A stretch of DNA of 64,000 nt from Pseudovirgaria hyperparasitica (taxonomy: Eukaryota), in NCBI GenBank assembly GCA_010093815.1, contig ML996567.1; one strand, 5' to 3'. Positions 24,307 through 35,708 of this stretch are shown here, one piece after another. Both the position numbers and the translations under genes were made by a program. Numbering within the stretch: position 1 is the stretch's first letter; each line of letters begins with the position of its first letter. Below the pieces are notes generated by a model. It saw only the letters and a list, made by a program, of their open reading frames with translations. It did not search any database and was not told where the DNA came from.

Positions 24307-25689
24307 AAAGGATGATTGCAAAAGCTGCAGTCAGTATAGTTACCAGCATATGGAACCTGGGCCAAGTACAATATCTATAGTGCATTCCTACATTGCTCCA
24401 TCAGTATGTAATTCTGGGAATCGAGAACATTCTCGGTGGCGTTCTATCAAGCATTAATGTTACACCCTCTGAGAAGTGGCATCAGGGCTACTCATTGGCT
24501 CTCATGGCTGTGGCACAAATAATTCTTTACACAAGTCCCTCTTACTGCTTGAAGCTTTCCAGTGTAAGCCTACAGAAGGCGTGAAAATCTCTTCTGTGAA
24601 CAATTTGAGCAGGGTATTAGACAGGGAATTCATGTTCTGACAGGCCGCTAGGACAATAGTCAGGTCAACGACATGAGTCCTATCCATGGGCTAGATTCAG
24701 AGAGGCACCAACCTATTGTCAATCTCTGAAGAGCGAGATGATAATCAGCGAGTTCTTTGAAGACCCCGCCTCCGCCTTTAGATTGAGCATATATATGAAG
24801 ACTAATGATGAAGATTTCGAAGACTCGGCCATACTTCGATCTATGGTGTCTGTCTGCTGAGGCCATTTTTACTCATGAATACGCGCGACCCGCTTACTCT
24901 CGAGAACAAATCTGGAAAACTCGTCTATAGACCCTCTCATAAGCATGCCATGGTTGGAAATATTCATAGAGTTATTCCATGGGACACAACATCGATATGA
25001 ACAGTATCTTGATCTCATATCGACAGACTAAGAAGTAAAGTACAGTACTAGAAAATTATTCCGGGGACGTCTCAAGCACAAGCCAGGCACCTAAGTGTCC
25101 CAAGAATGATGACCTAGCATTGCAAGTCCAATAGACTTGTGTAAATCGCATTCTACACAGGGACTTCACCAGCATCCTGGCGTTACGACAGGGTAAGTAA
25201 TCGGCAAGCTACGAAGTCTGAACATAAGCAATGGCCCCAATTATGAGCTAACACCGACTGCCTTTGTTTCATGTTTCTATCTATAATGATGGAGCACGAA
25301 GACATTGTGCATACTGTGGCCCTGTGAAACCTCTGACCCTCTTCCCTCATACGCCTTAATTATCCTCCTGAACGTTCGATCTGAGCAACTACCAGGGAAT
25401 CATTCGATATGTATGAGCACAGTCTCCATCTGAGATTAGAACAGCATGGCATGTTACCTGATGACTACCCAAAGGTGGTATGATACTCCTGCTAACTCTG
25501 AGATCGAAGTAGGGTCTTTGCATTCGATCCAAAGAACTCCCATCGCAGGCTGACATGTCAGACCTTGGGTGTCACGCGGTTGGTGAGTAGTACTGAGCTG
25601 AAACTGATCTAATCTTTTCTGCTGTGCAGTTCCTTTTCAGATAAGCTGTCACGACTTTCGAAAACAAGTGACGTCTGTCTGTCTACAAA

Positions 25690-26870
25690 GGTTCGGGTGT
25701 CACACGGAGATGCACTTAAAAGCTGTTCTTCGTTTTTCAATGAGCATCTCGGTACTGAATTTGCTAACCATCTGCCAGCATCGCTCTCCAAGCTCGGCAA
25801 GAGCGGCCTTCGTGGACAGGGGCTGCAGCCGAAGCGTTTGTGCAAGAGCATTTTCAGGCCAGCGAACCACTTATCGTTAGGACCTTTGTTTAGAGTTGAG
25901 CCTCAGACTTGTCCCGAAAATTTCTTGAAAGAAGTCTTCTAAGAGGGCTAGTTAGCCCTGAAGCTTTTGGGCTTCTGCATACTGCGGTGTGCCGGGTTTC
26001 GAAAAGCAGAGCTCCCAGAGTCTGTTGCATGTGTGCTAGAAGAATGTGTTAGTGCTTTGGTAAACCAATTTGAAGTGTATGGCAGCGAATTACAGGGATC
26101 AAGTTGGGAAGACCAGATATTGCCTTTCACGATTAGTGCCCATCAGTTTTCGTTCTTCGGGGACATAACTCACCCCACCAGCGCCAGAGACAATCGACGG
26201 CAACAGTATGTCGATAAACCCATCAATAACAAGAAAGCATTCGCACGGCTTCGATCTCGGATCTAGACTCATGAAATGGTCAGACTGAACAACAACATTA
26301 ATCTTCACAATCTTACCTACGCTCCCACATGTCAAATTTACACAACCTATATCTGGCGACTGACGCGCAACATCAACGATAAGATCGCTATGGAGGTCAA
26401 TACCACCCGCCACAGGAGGGGAGTTATAGATGATGACCGGAATCGGACTACACCCCGCTACGTCCAAGAAATAGCATTTGATAGCTTGCAGCTCGTCTTT
26501 TAACCAGCCCACTGGCATAAAACCCCGACGCAATGGCCATAGCGTAATCTGAGCCAGCACTGTATGCTTGTGTAGCCAAGATGATTGTTTCACGGGTGCT
26601 GGGCGCGCCGACGCCTGCTATGACCGGAATGTGATCCAAGGTAATCGACGAACGGGCACTGCGTGCTGTTTGAATGATCGGGATTCTTTCTTCGCAGGAC
26701 AGGTGTGGCGCTTCGCCGGCGGAACCACATACGACGGGTGTGCAACCAGCCATTGCGGTGTACTGGACGTGGCGTGACAAAGACTCTAGGTCGAGACTCT
26801 CGTCTACGTGGAAGAATGTTGGGAGAGGGGTGTAGATGTCCTTCGGTAGTGGTCGTGAAGTCGAATGCAT
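25690..26870 (-). pseudogene. DapA/DHDPS-family aldolase pseudogene (3' end approximate)
   Basis: IYTPLPTFF, GSAGEA.HL..EER, AGVGAPSTRETI, SPIPVIIYN, AISGLPN, PRRPLLP. Frameshift near 26505, Schiff-base Lys position reads N (GCVNLTC), TAA at 25952-25954. Confidence 0.8.
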
Positions 26871-27279
26871 GGTGCTAGATTTCCACGCTATTGGTATGAA
26901 CTGTGATGTGATTGCAGCCAAGAGGTTCATGAAGGAAAGCTGAAAGCTATCAATGCCGGAATTCTATAACGATGGAGTCTGAGCACTATGAAAGTATCTT
27001 GGTCAATGTTTTCGACAATCCGGCGATTTGGTGTATCATAGCCACTATTCGTATTGCAGAGTAAGTAGCGAGAACCCTCAGCTCGACGTTTTGGATTGCA
27101 TACTTGCAAGTATCTAGCGTAGTCTGATCACTACTGTGCAACTTTAACGCAGCAGCAGCAGTCGGTTCTCATATCGTGACGAGGCAGTGCGAGTAATATA
27201 AAAATTGATCACCCGAGTCATGTGGCGTATGGTTTAGGGAAAGGAATACAGACGAATTAAAGATCGGGGCCTTCACGTG

Positions 27280-28885
27280 TTACAATTGCTCGACGTCAAA
27301 GTCTGAGCTGATTTCCACAGTATCCCAGACTCCGGGCATAGAACTGACCTCCCTTCTCAGAAACATCCCGAAGCCTTTCTCACCAACAATGCCGCCGTTA
27401 TCACGATCCCAGACAACCTTGCCCCTTAGGATCGTATAACGTGGCCAATTGTGGACTATGTGACCCTCATATGGTGTGTAGTCAACATCGTGATGTAGTA
27501 TGTCATTTGTGATCTTTGTACCGTGGATATGGCCATCGGGATACCAGATCACTAAGTCAGCATCTGAGATACCTGGGAGCATGCTTCCTTTTCGAGGATA
27601 TAGTCCATAAAGCTTTGCAGCATTCGTGCTCGTAACCTCGACAAACTTTGTCAAAGCAATCTTGGGTTTACCAGCAGCATTCAATGATAACGCAAGAGGT
27701 AAGCGAGTCTCTATGCCAGGCAGTCCATTTGGAATGTGACTGAATCTTCCAACAGGAAAATCTTCAGTAACACAAGACTTCTTGCCTGTGATCGCATCAT
27801 CGAAGCGGAAAGGACAATGATCTGAGCTTAGCAACGAGAATGTGCCATTGTGAAGGCCAGTCCACATCCTATCCTGGTCTGCAATAGTCCTCGGAGGAGG
27901 GGAGCAAACATGTTTTGCACCTTCGAATCCAAATTTGTCGAGAGCATTTCGGGTGAGGAACAGATATTGAGGACAGGTTTCGGCGAAAATCGGTTGCCCA
28001 CAGCTCTGTGCCTTGCGTATTCGTTTCGCGGCCTCTTGATCAGATACATGCACCAGAAGAATTGGAGTATGATTGATTAGCGATGATAGTGCAATTGCTC
28101 GATTCGTAGCTTCTGACTCGAGAATTGGGGGACGGGAGTTAGCATGATACTTGGGAGCATATAGCTTCCTAGCCACCAGTTCAGTGGTGAGCCAGTCTAG
28201 CACATCGCCATTCTCGGCATGGATCATTGTAAGGATCTTGTTCTGGCGGGCCATCAGCAAAACTGATAAAATTTGATCATCTCGCAACTGCAGAGCTGCA
28301 TATGTCTGGAATAGTCAGTATCATTTCGGTTCAAAAAGGTTTAGTACTGACCATGTATATCTTAAGGGAGGTGATGCCTTCGGTTTCTACCAGACTTTGG
28401 AATTCTGATAATGCTGTGGGACTCGGGTTGGCAACGAGCGCATGAAAGCCATAGTCACAGTAGCAGTTGCCCTTGGCAAGCTGATGAGTCGTGCGTATGG
28501 CTTCAATGACGGACTCAACGTGCGATTGCTGTGGCGCAAAGGAGACAATGGTAGTATTTCCTCCTGCAACAGCGGATCTTGTCCCGGTCTCATAGGTATC
28601 AGCCGATGAGCCCTTCCCAAACATACTTGGCTCCTGGAGATGCACATGACAGTCTATACCACCTGGCTGCGCTGCTATTAGCGAAATAAAGGCCTCTGGA
28701 TAACTGGTAAGTACCATGACGTAACCACCTTCAGCATCAATACGTCTCGCAGCTTTCGCATCCGCAAGAGCCCCTGATGGAGCGAGAATCGCTATTCGTT
28801 CACCCTTTATTCCTACATCATAAGGTGCAATGTCGGACGCTGTCACACAAATACCATTAATAATGACCAGGTCGAGGGTGTCCAT
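27280..28885 (-). CDS. Dihydropyrimidinase / D-hydantoinase (amidohydrolase), 3 exons
   Basis: PGGIDCHVH, SLKIYM, IHAENG, VHVS, ETCPQYL, SSDHCPF, PNGLPGIETRL, DYTPYEG; introns near 28714-28667 and 28352-28306. Confidence 0.93.
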
Positions 28886-29254
28886 GGTGAAATTATTGGT
28901 GTTTCGCTCCCAGGTTTGATGACCAGCTACGACATCGAGCATGCGATCAAATACGTAAACGGCATTTCGGCACGTGACATCTATTTGTCAGACGCACGAT
29001 GACTTCGGCGTGGCGGCCTCGAGTGAGTGAGTGGATATGCGACGATAAACAGCCGGCTTGCCATTGGTCAGAGACGAAACATAGATTGCCGAACGCCACA
29101 TGGCTGACTCTGAGAGTTTGTGAAACATCGAGATGGTATTAATGCCCTTGATGGAATATCTGGTGGTAGCATCACTCATGAAGATGGAAAGACGTAAAAG
29201 AACAGGTAAGTGGAGCCGTGTCTTGGAATTGCACACGTGACTACACATGCTAAC

Positions 29255-30063
29255 AATGGATTCGCCAGATCGACATAAGCAAGTGACGATAGTGGTACTG
29301 TGGGGCTTCTATTGATATACTGTATGCAAGCAGGATCATGTTTCAGTTGTCACTCACGAAAAGTTCGATGTGATGCCCAAGAGATTGGGTTTCCGTGTAC
29401 AACTTACAGATCACGTGATAACTTATGTACACCTCACGTAAGGCTTCGCCGCAAGACAAAATCACGGCTCGTTTCATCTCCATCGTCGTCTTGTACAGTG
29501 CGGCAATCTCTTCATATGAGAAAAGAATAGAGAGCCTTTCATCAAGCACTGATGCTGCTGCCGAGAACGATGATAAGGAACATGATCTTCGCAGACACCT
29601 CGTCGAGCTCATTGAACGAACAGAGCTTCTTAGACCACCCATCGACCGATCTACTCGACTGACATATATCGGTACCGACGTCTCTAATTTTAATCACCTT
29701 ATACGGAACCAGTTCGATATGTTGATTACGGATCTGCACCACTTTCCAATCAACCGCATAACCCGCCGTAGTATGATGAGTGGGCCAGGGACGATACCAG
29801 ATGATGCTCTCCAGCGATTGATACGACCGGTGTACACAAGACAACCACACACTGGGTCTGGCCTCTGGCTCGCAGCCATCAATCCTACAATCAGGAAGCC
29901 CGATTTGCGAAAGACTGGATCCATGGCTGTGTCAAAGGACTCAAGTGGTTCGATCGTCTACATAAAGTCGTTGTCTGGTTTGCAGCAGAGTACGGAATGG
30001 TTATCACAAGTGCCAAGCGGTAGTGAGATCATGCTGCACTCTCGAGCTTGCACAATGGCCTGA
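29255..30063 (+). pseudogene. Degenerate Zn2Cys6 transcription factor
   Basis: SCFSCHSRKVRCDA...FPCTTYRSRDNLC with the fifth Cys replaced by Tyr; frame change, then YIGTDVSNFNHL..LHHFP; truncated before a full middle-homology domain. Confidence 0.7.
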
Positions 30064-30261
30064 CAGCCTAGAAGAATATGCGCACACTGTAGTTTTCCAT
30101 TTCTATACAACTCTTTCTCTGGTAAATCCATAGACCAAAGTGACCAATGGTTCGTCTTCACTTCAGCCCCCACAAAAAGCCGAGGTCTATATATATCGTC
30201 CCAGCTTTACAGGCCGCCACCCGAGAAGACCTTTGCCCACGATACATACAATCGATTTAAG

Positions 30262-32097
30262 ATGACACTTTATAGACCACTAGGTAGCTCCAAAGATGCG
30301 CTCCGTGAGTTCCGGCTCTTTAAGTTGAAGCATCGAAACCTACTCAATGAAATGTTCAATGAGACACGCATAAGTGGTACCCTCCAACACGCAGCCCCAG
30401 ACAATGCCCCATCGTACATCGCGCTGTCTTACGCTTGGGGTGAGGGGGAGCATATGGACATCGACGTTTCTGGTCGCAATATGTCGGTGGGCGTCAATCT
30501 ATACAATGCTTTATCTAGCATTCGGCAGGCGTCAGGTCATAGGGATGTCTTCGTCTGGGTCGATCAGATCTGTATTAACCAAAACGACCAAAGCGAGAGG
30601 GAGCACCAAGTACGGCATATGCGCGATATATACGCTCAAGCGACTTCAGTAATAGCTTGGGTAGGGCTTCCAATTGACGGTACTCAGCTACTTTTCGCGC
30701 ATCTGGAATCCATAGGTCTGGCTCACTTTAGGACTAGTGGTAACCGTACAACAGCAACGCCTGACTTAGTGGCATTCCAAGATGTAATTGAATCCTTAGA
30801 GGGTCAATCACACATCGTCCGCCGAGCTTTTGTTCATCTTGCTTCCTCTGTATACTGGACCAGAGTTTGGGTCATACAGGAGTTTGCCGTAGCTCGAGAT
30901 GTCATCGTAGCCTGCGGAACCTACCGGTTATCGGGAGATATCCTTTCTGATTCCTTGGCTGAGATTGGATCAACCAAGAATGAGCTGAAAGGTAATGGCA
31001 GTCTGGCAGATCAGAAAAATATAGACCTTATCACTAGGAGCTATACCCATGCGGCTGAAAGCTTCATGCAGGGTGTCTGTTCGCTGCGCCAACGCTATAT
31101 GTACATGTCGACTCCACGCAGCCTCTTTAGTGTACTTTCGACATCATCCCTGTTGGAAGAAGATTACAACCATCTGTCTTGTTCCAACCCACGAGATCGT
31201 ATATTTGCATTGCTTGGGCTTGTAGCAGACTCGGATGAGTTCCACTTCTTCCCAGATTATTCCTCGACCTGCGAGAAAGTTTATACACTACTTGCCGAAA
31301 GGTTCCTGCAGCAGGGAAGAATCAATATGCTCGCGTTATGCCGTGCTCCTCGCCCTAGCAATCTTCCGTCCTGGGTACCAGATTGGCAGAGCCCAACCTT
31401 TTGGCCTTGGACGAATGATCCACCGTTCGATGACAATATATATGGCAGCCTATCAGGACCTCCTATTGAAGGATTGAAGGTCGATAACCAGTGCGGGCAC
31501 CTCACGCTGCAATGTATCCTGGTCGACAGAATCAAGACAACTAAAGGCTTGTGGGCGCCCGATTGGTTGTCTCGAGTCCATCCTCGTCAAGGCCTGGAAT
31601 ACCTCAATGGCATTAGATCACTTTGTCGAGACTCGCCACGGATCAAAGATGATGCTGTTGAGAAACATTCTTCTCAGATCGCGATAGCATATCGTTGTAT
31701 CGAGCATTCTAGAGAAAAGGTTCTAGAGGCTTATCAGACAATTCTGCAGACGTGGAAAGTCCAGCATATGCCAACGAAGCCACCTTCAGATGAAGTATCC
31801 TGGTACGTGCGTGTAATGACACGACTCCGCCCATGCCGACCAACGCTTTCTGTAAGCGGGTTTGTGGGGCTTGCACCCGAGGATGTTCTAGAAGGGGATC
31901 AGGTCTGCCTCATCTCCGGTGCAAGTACACCATACATTGTTCGCCAAGAGAATGATGGACTGTATACCCTTATCGGTGAGACCTACGTTGATGGCTTGAT
32001 GTACCACGATAATTATGGTGGCTATTTGCACCGTGTTGATAAGTACGGTGGCATTCTCAGAGAGAGTGATAAACGTCAAACGATCACTTTGAAGTGA
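30262..32097 (+). CDS. HET-domain protein (HET-6-like heterokaryon incompatibility family)
   Basis: YIALSYAWG, WVDQICINQ, QV..MRDIY..A..V..W.G, YWTRVWVIQE, RDRIFALLGL, LPSWVPDW, LIGETYVDGLM. Confidence 0.95.
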   Translation: MTLYRPLGSSKDALREFRLFKLKHRNLLNEMFNETRISGTLQHAAPDNAPSYIALSYAWGEGEHMDIDVSGRNMSVGVNLYNALSSIRQASGHRDVFVWVDQICINQNDQSEREHQVRHMRDIYAQATSVIAWVGLPIDGTQLLFAHLESIGLAHFRTSGNRTTATPDLVAFQDVIESLEGQSHIVRRAFVHLASSVYWTRVWVIQEFAVARDVIVACGTYRLSGDILSDSLAEIGSTKNELKGNGSLADQKNIDLITRSYTHAAESFMQGVCSLRQRYMYMSTPRSLFSVLSTSSLLEEDYNHLSCSNPRDRIFALLGLVADSDEFHFFPDYSSTCEKVYTLLAERFLQQGRINMLALCRAPRPSNLPSWVPDWQSPTFWPWTNDPPFDDNIYGSLSGPPIEGLKVDNQCGHLTLQCILVDRIKTTKGLWAPDWLSRVHPRQGLEYLNGIRSLCRDSPRIKDDAVEKHSSQIAIAYRCIEHSREKVLEAYQTILQTWKVQHMPTKPPSDEVSWYVRVMTRLRPCRPTLSVSGFVGLAPEDVLEGDQVCLISGASTPYIVRQENDGLYTLIGETYVDGLMYHDNYGGYLHRVDKYGGILRESDKRQTITLK

Positions 32098-32447
32098 ACG
32101 GTAGACTTAGTTGTATCAAAGCAACATTTGGCTCTCGAGATACTCTTGCAAGACGTACCTTATGGTCCACCCCAGTTCAGATAGTTGGCCTTAAAGGTGA
32201 TGTATGAAGATCGCCTATGAACATTATGAGTGGTTTGAGACTGTCGCAAATCCCGAGAGACGCGTATGTGCTCAGAGACAAGAGTCTAAACCTGACTGGA
32301 CATCCTCCTCCATGACATACAAGAAGCAGCCAGCTAGCCCTGGGCATTGGTACGATTCCACTGGCTGTTTGGAAAGACCTGGAGAAGATTCAAAATATGC
32401 GAGAAGATGAGAATCAGCAACAGGGTTACAATGTACAGTTCATCTTG

Positions 32448-34256
32448 CTATTCGTCCTCATTCCAATCGTCAAAGGGCCAATGGCGTTCTGTCATCTCCA
32501 TCTCAACCGGGTCATCAGCGACCGCATCGAACGCTTGTCCTCTGCAGGACTCTGATGTTCCTTTTGCAATTTCGAAATTCTCATTCGATACCCAGCCATC
32601 GGACGCCACGCCGAGCAGCTCGTTGATCCCTTCCATTTCGGCGTCAGCCTCACGTAGCAACTCATCTTGTGCAATCAGCTTTTGAATCTCTTGTTTTTCG
32701 AGCACAATAGGGCACGCTGGGAGAGCTCCATCAGACCTGGGCGCAGGCACTTTGTCCCAGGATTCCAGTATTCGTACAAAGTCCATCTGAAGGGTGAGAT
32801 TGAGTCCTTCCCAAGGATTGCCCGCGTCATTAAAGATCCGCCGTTTCAATAGACTCGGTTCTTGCTGTATGGCTTGCCAGTGTAGCTCGTTAGATCGTTG
32901 TGTGAAGCCCAAGTAATAGAAATGTACGTGACGACGACGAAACTGTTCCAGAGCTCTGTCACGCTCGTTCATGTCCATGATTTCGATATCATCTGGAAGT
33001 CGCGGCGGGATGAATGTCAGAGATTCCTTGTCTTTGTAATTCTGGAACGAGTTTGGTATACCGGAAACGAGGAAGGTTGGGAGAACCATGGAATGTTGCC
33101 AGTCTATGAGGCCAGTAACGTCGAAACTCTCGGAAACAAAAATATTATGCGGTTGGAGGTCAGGATGTCGAAGAATAGGAGAATTAAGCTCGGAAGTGGG
33201 AGGCACAAGATATGGCGCTAGGCGTATGTATGTCTCCAGAGATTTTGCGTGCTCCTTAGGATCCTGCTTTTTATAGTCGAAAACTCCCCTGTATGCGCGA
33301 TCGAAGGGATAACGGGGTCGTCCATATGCCCGGATCCAGGCTAACTCTTTCTTTGCGGGAGCCTCAAGGACATGAGAAGGGTGAGTATCTATGGGTGTCA
33401 AGAACAGTCAAACAACATAGTCTTAGAGTAGGACTTACGAGGTCCCCTGTCAATATCAAGATCTCCACGTTCGCCGAACCACCAACTCTCGCCAGCGTAT
33501 GGTCCTATACACAGCTGGCCATCAGAATTAGGTATGTAGATCTTTGGGCAGTTAGGCGATAGATCACGGGCGTAGTATATGCTCCCGCTAGCTGGTAATT
33601 GGAGGGCAAAAAGCTTCGCTTCCAGCTCCACTATTTGGAGCAGAACTTTGAGCCGTTCTTTCTCAGAGAGGTCGAACCAAGAGTCTCCAATAGCTGTTCC
33701 CGAGACTCTTTCCATTATCATATACTCAGAGCCAACGGGATTGATCTCCACACAATAATCCAGGACTCTAGGCGTAGGAATGCCATAGCTGCGAATGAAA
33801 TCTAAGGTTGCGACCTCACTTGCTACTGCCAGACGTCGCGGCAGCGTCAGCGGATATGGAAGTCGTGCGAGGACAGATGTTCCATCTCTCATACATATTT
33901 CAAAAACGCGATTGAAACCGCCTTCAGCAAACTTGCGAAAGCTTCGGACTTCAGAAAATGGTTGGTTCACGGACTCCGCGGCGGCCTTTTGAAGTTCTTT
34001 TACGTTGAAAGATAACTGTCGTTCGGCCAAACGGAGATGTTCGTTAAATCTGTCATTGGAAAGTTGGTCGATCTGCAGAATGCTCATCACGACTTGCTAC
34101 GTACATCCAACGACCAGAAGTGTACTCGAACAATTCGCAGTCTTTTTCCGTGATCTCTATATCAGTTGCACACGAGACGAACAGCCTGCAACAGCGAGGA
34201 AGAGGAGACCGGGAAAGGTTTCGACTCAGCCGAATCGGAATGCTGCGAATGACCAT
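32448..34256 (-). CDS. APH/choline-kinase-like phosphotransferase (AIM9-like), 3 exons, probable mitochondrial presequence
   Basis: LFEYTSGRW, AEGGFNRVF, ARLPYP, SEVATLDF, HPDLQPHNIFV, LIDWQ; Arg-rich N-terminus; introns near 34100 and 33438. Confidence 0.88.
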
Positions 34257-34715
34257 AATGGTAAGAATATTGGGGCGCGGTGTCAGAGATTGAAGACACG
34301 CCACGTGTGCTGGCGCTTAAGTACGAAGCTATACAGCGACCAACATCATGGCTCCAAGGCGAGCAACAATGAATGTACTCGCAAGTGAAGGTGAGGTACA
34401 GCGCCTGCATGAAACGCTCAGGTTCAATGCGGATTTTGCCTCCGGCTCAGTGACGATGCGTCGTTTCCTAGAACCTGACTTTCTTGGCACTCGTACGCGT
34501 GTTCAATCACCTATCTTCCAATCTAGTCAGTACAGCGTCGCACACTCGGGCCTGATGTTCTATTCTTCATCGCCTATACTCGTGAAGATAACTTATAGAT
34601 TTATACATGATGTTATCTGCTGAATGTATGTATTGACATTTTTGATTATATAAATAAATTGCTCCAGATGGATATACCATAAGGACATAAGTCAGAAAGC
34701 AAAAAACATCCTATA

Positions 34716-35708
34716 TCATACGGCCCGCGCATTGATCGCGGCACCCCTGATATCCCTCTTCACACTCACAGCCTTCGGCAACGCATCCGTACACTCCACA
34801 AAGTTCTTCGCTGTCCCAGACGGAACGCCCAGTACAGACAATCGATACATGGCATCTGCAAACTTGCCGGTCCACTTGCCCTGCCCGTCGACAAAGCCCG
34901 CAAACTTCTTTCCCACGGCCGTACTCTTGTTACTCAGCGCGATGTCACTATCAAATCGAACTACTCCTTGTGGGGGGTTATATGTTTCGGCGTAAAATTT
35001 GACGTCCCAGACGCCCGGCGTGCTATCCTGTGACGCACCCACGGGGATGGCTGTTTCGGCAATGTTCTTCGAAGTGCTGTGTGCGCCAACGAGTGCGGCG
35101 AGATCTTCTGCGCTAAAGCCTTTGTCGACGAAGAGCTTCAATAAGCTGTCGTGGTCAGAACCTGGGCCGAAGCCGGGCGGCATGACACCTGTGGGCGATG
35201 CGGTGGATGAATCGGTGCGGCCGATGACGGTCTTGACTGAGGGTCCCCCGGGACATGTCACAACTGCATGATTGCCGGCGAAATAGATGAGATCTGCAGC
35301 ACCGACGCCCTGTGGTTTGTATAGAGTGAATTTATCGCCGATGAATTTGTTGTAATCCTGCAGACCATTGTTCTCTGGGCGAGAAATCTCGGTGGGGTTG
35401 AGCAGGAGAGAGCCGTCGGCGCCGCCAGCAGCTGGAGCAGTAAAGGGTAGTTTGAGGCTGAATGTACCGGCGTCGTGGAAAGCATAGCGGATAGCAGCGC
35501 GAGCGAGGTCGGTACATTGACCGTTGGCGAGGAAGGATTTGGTCAGATCGAGGGAGATAGTGGTCCATATTGCAGGACATTTGGTACCGCCAGAACGGTT
35601 GAAGATGTTGGAGATAGATGCGGTGATATCTGAGGTCTGGGGGAATGAAAAGCAAAGCGCAGATGGCGTTAAGAGGGAAAACATAAGAAATGTAGATTTA
35701 GAGCGCAT
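34716..35708 (-). CDS. Secreted class II-type heme peroxidase (AA2-like)
   Basis: Signal peptide, ARAAIRYAFHDA (distal Arg/His), GGADGS, ENNGL, CPGGP, LVGAHS (proximal His), DSTPGVWD, RFDSD. Confidence 0.92.
   Translation of the reverse strand: MRSKSTFLMFSLLTPSALCFSFPQTSDITASISNIFNRSGGTKCPAIWTTISLDLTKSFLANGQCTDLARAAIRYAFHDAGTFSLKLPFTAPAAGGADGSLLLNPTEISRPENNGLQDYNKFIGDKFTLYKPQGVGAADLIYFAGNHAVVTCPGGPSVKTVIGRTDSSTASPTGVMPPGFGPGSDHDSLLKLFVDKGFSAEDLAALVGAHSTSKNIAETAIPVGASQDSTPGVWDVKFYAETYNPPQGVVRFDSDIALSNKSTAVGKKFAGFVDGQGKWTGKFADAMYRLSVLGVPSGTAKNFVECTDALPKAVSVKRDIRGAAINARAV

Noticed and set aside
24310..25690. Possible further pseudogene of the hydantoinase cluster
   Set aside because: No family motifs recognisable by eye; needs a translated search.
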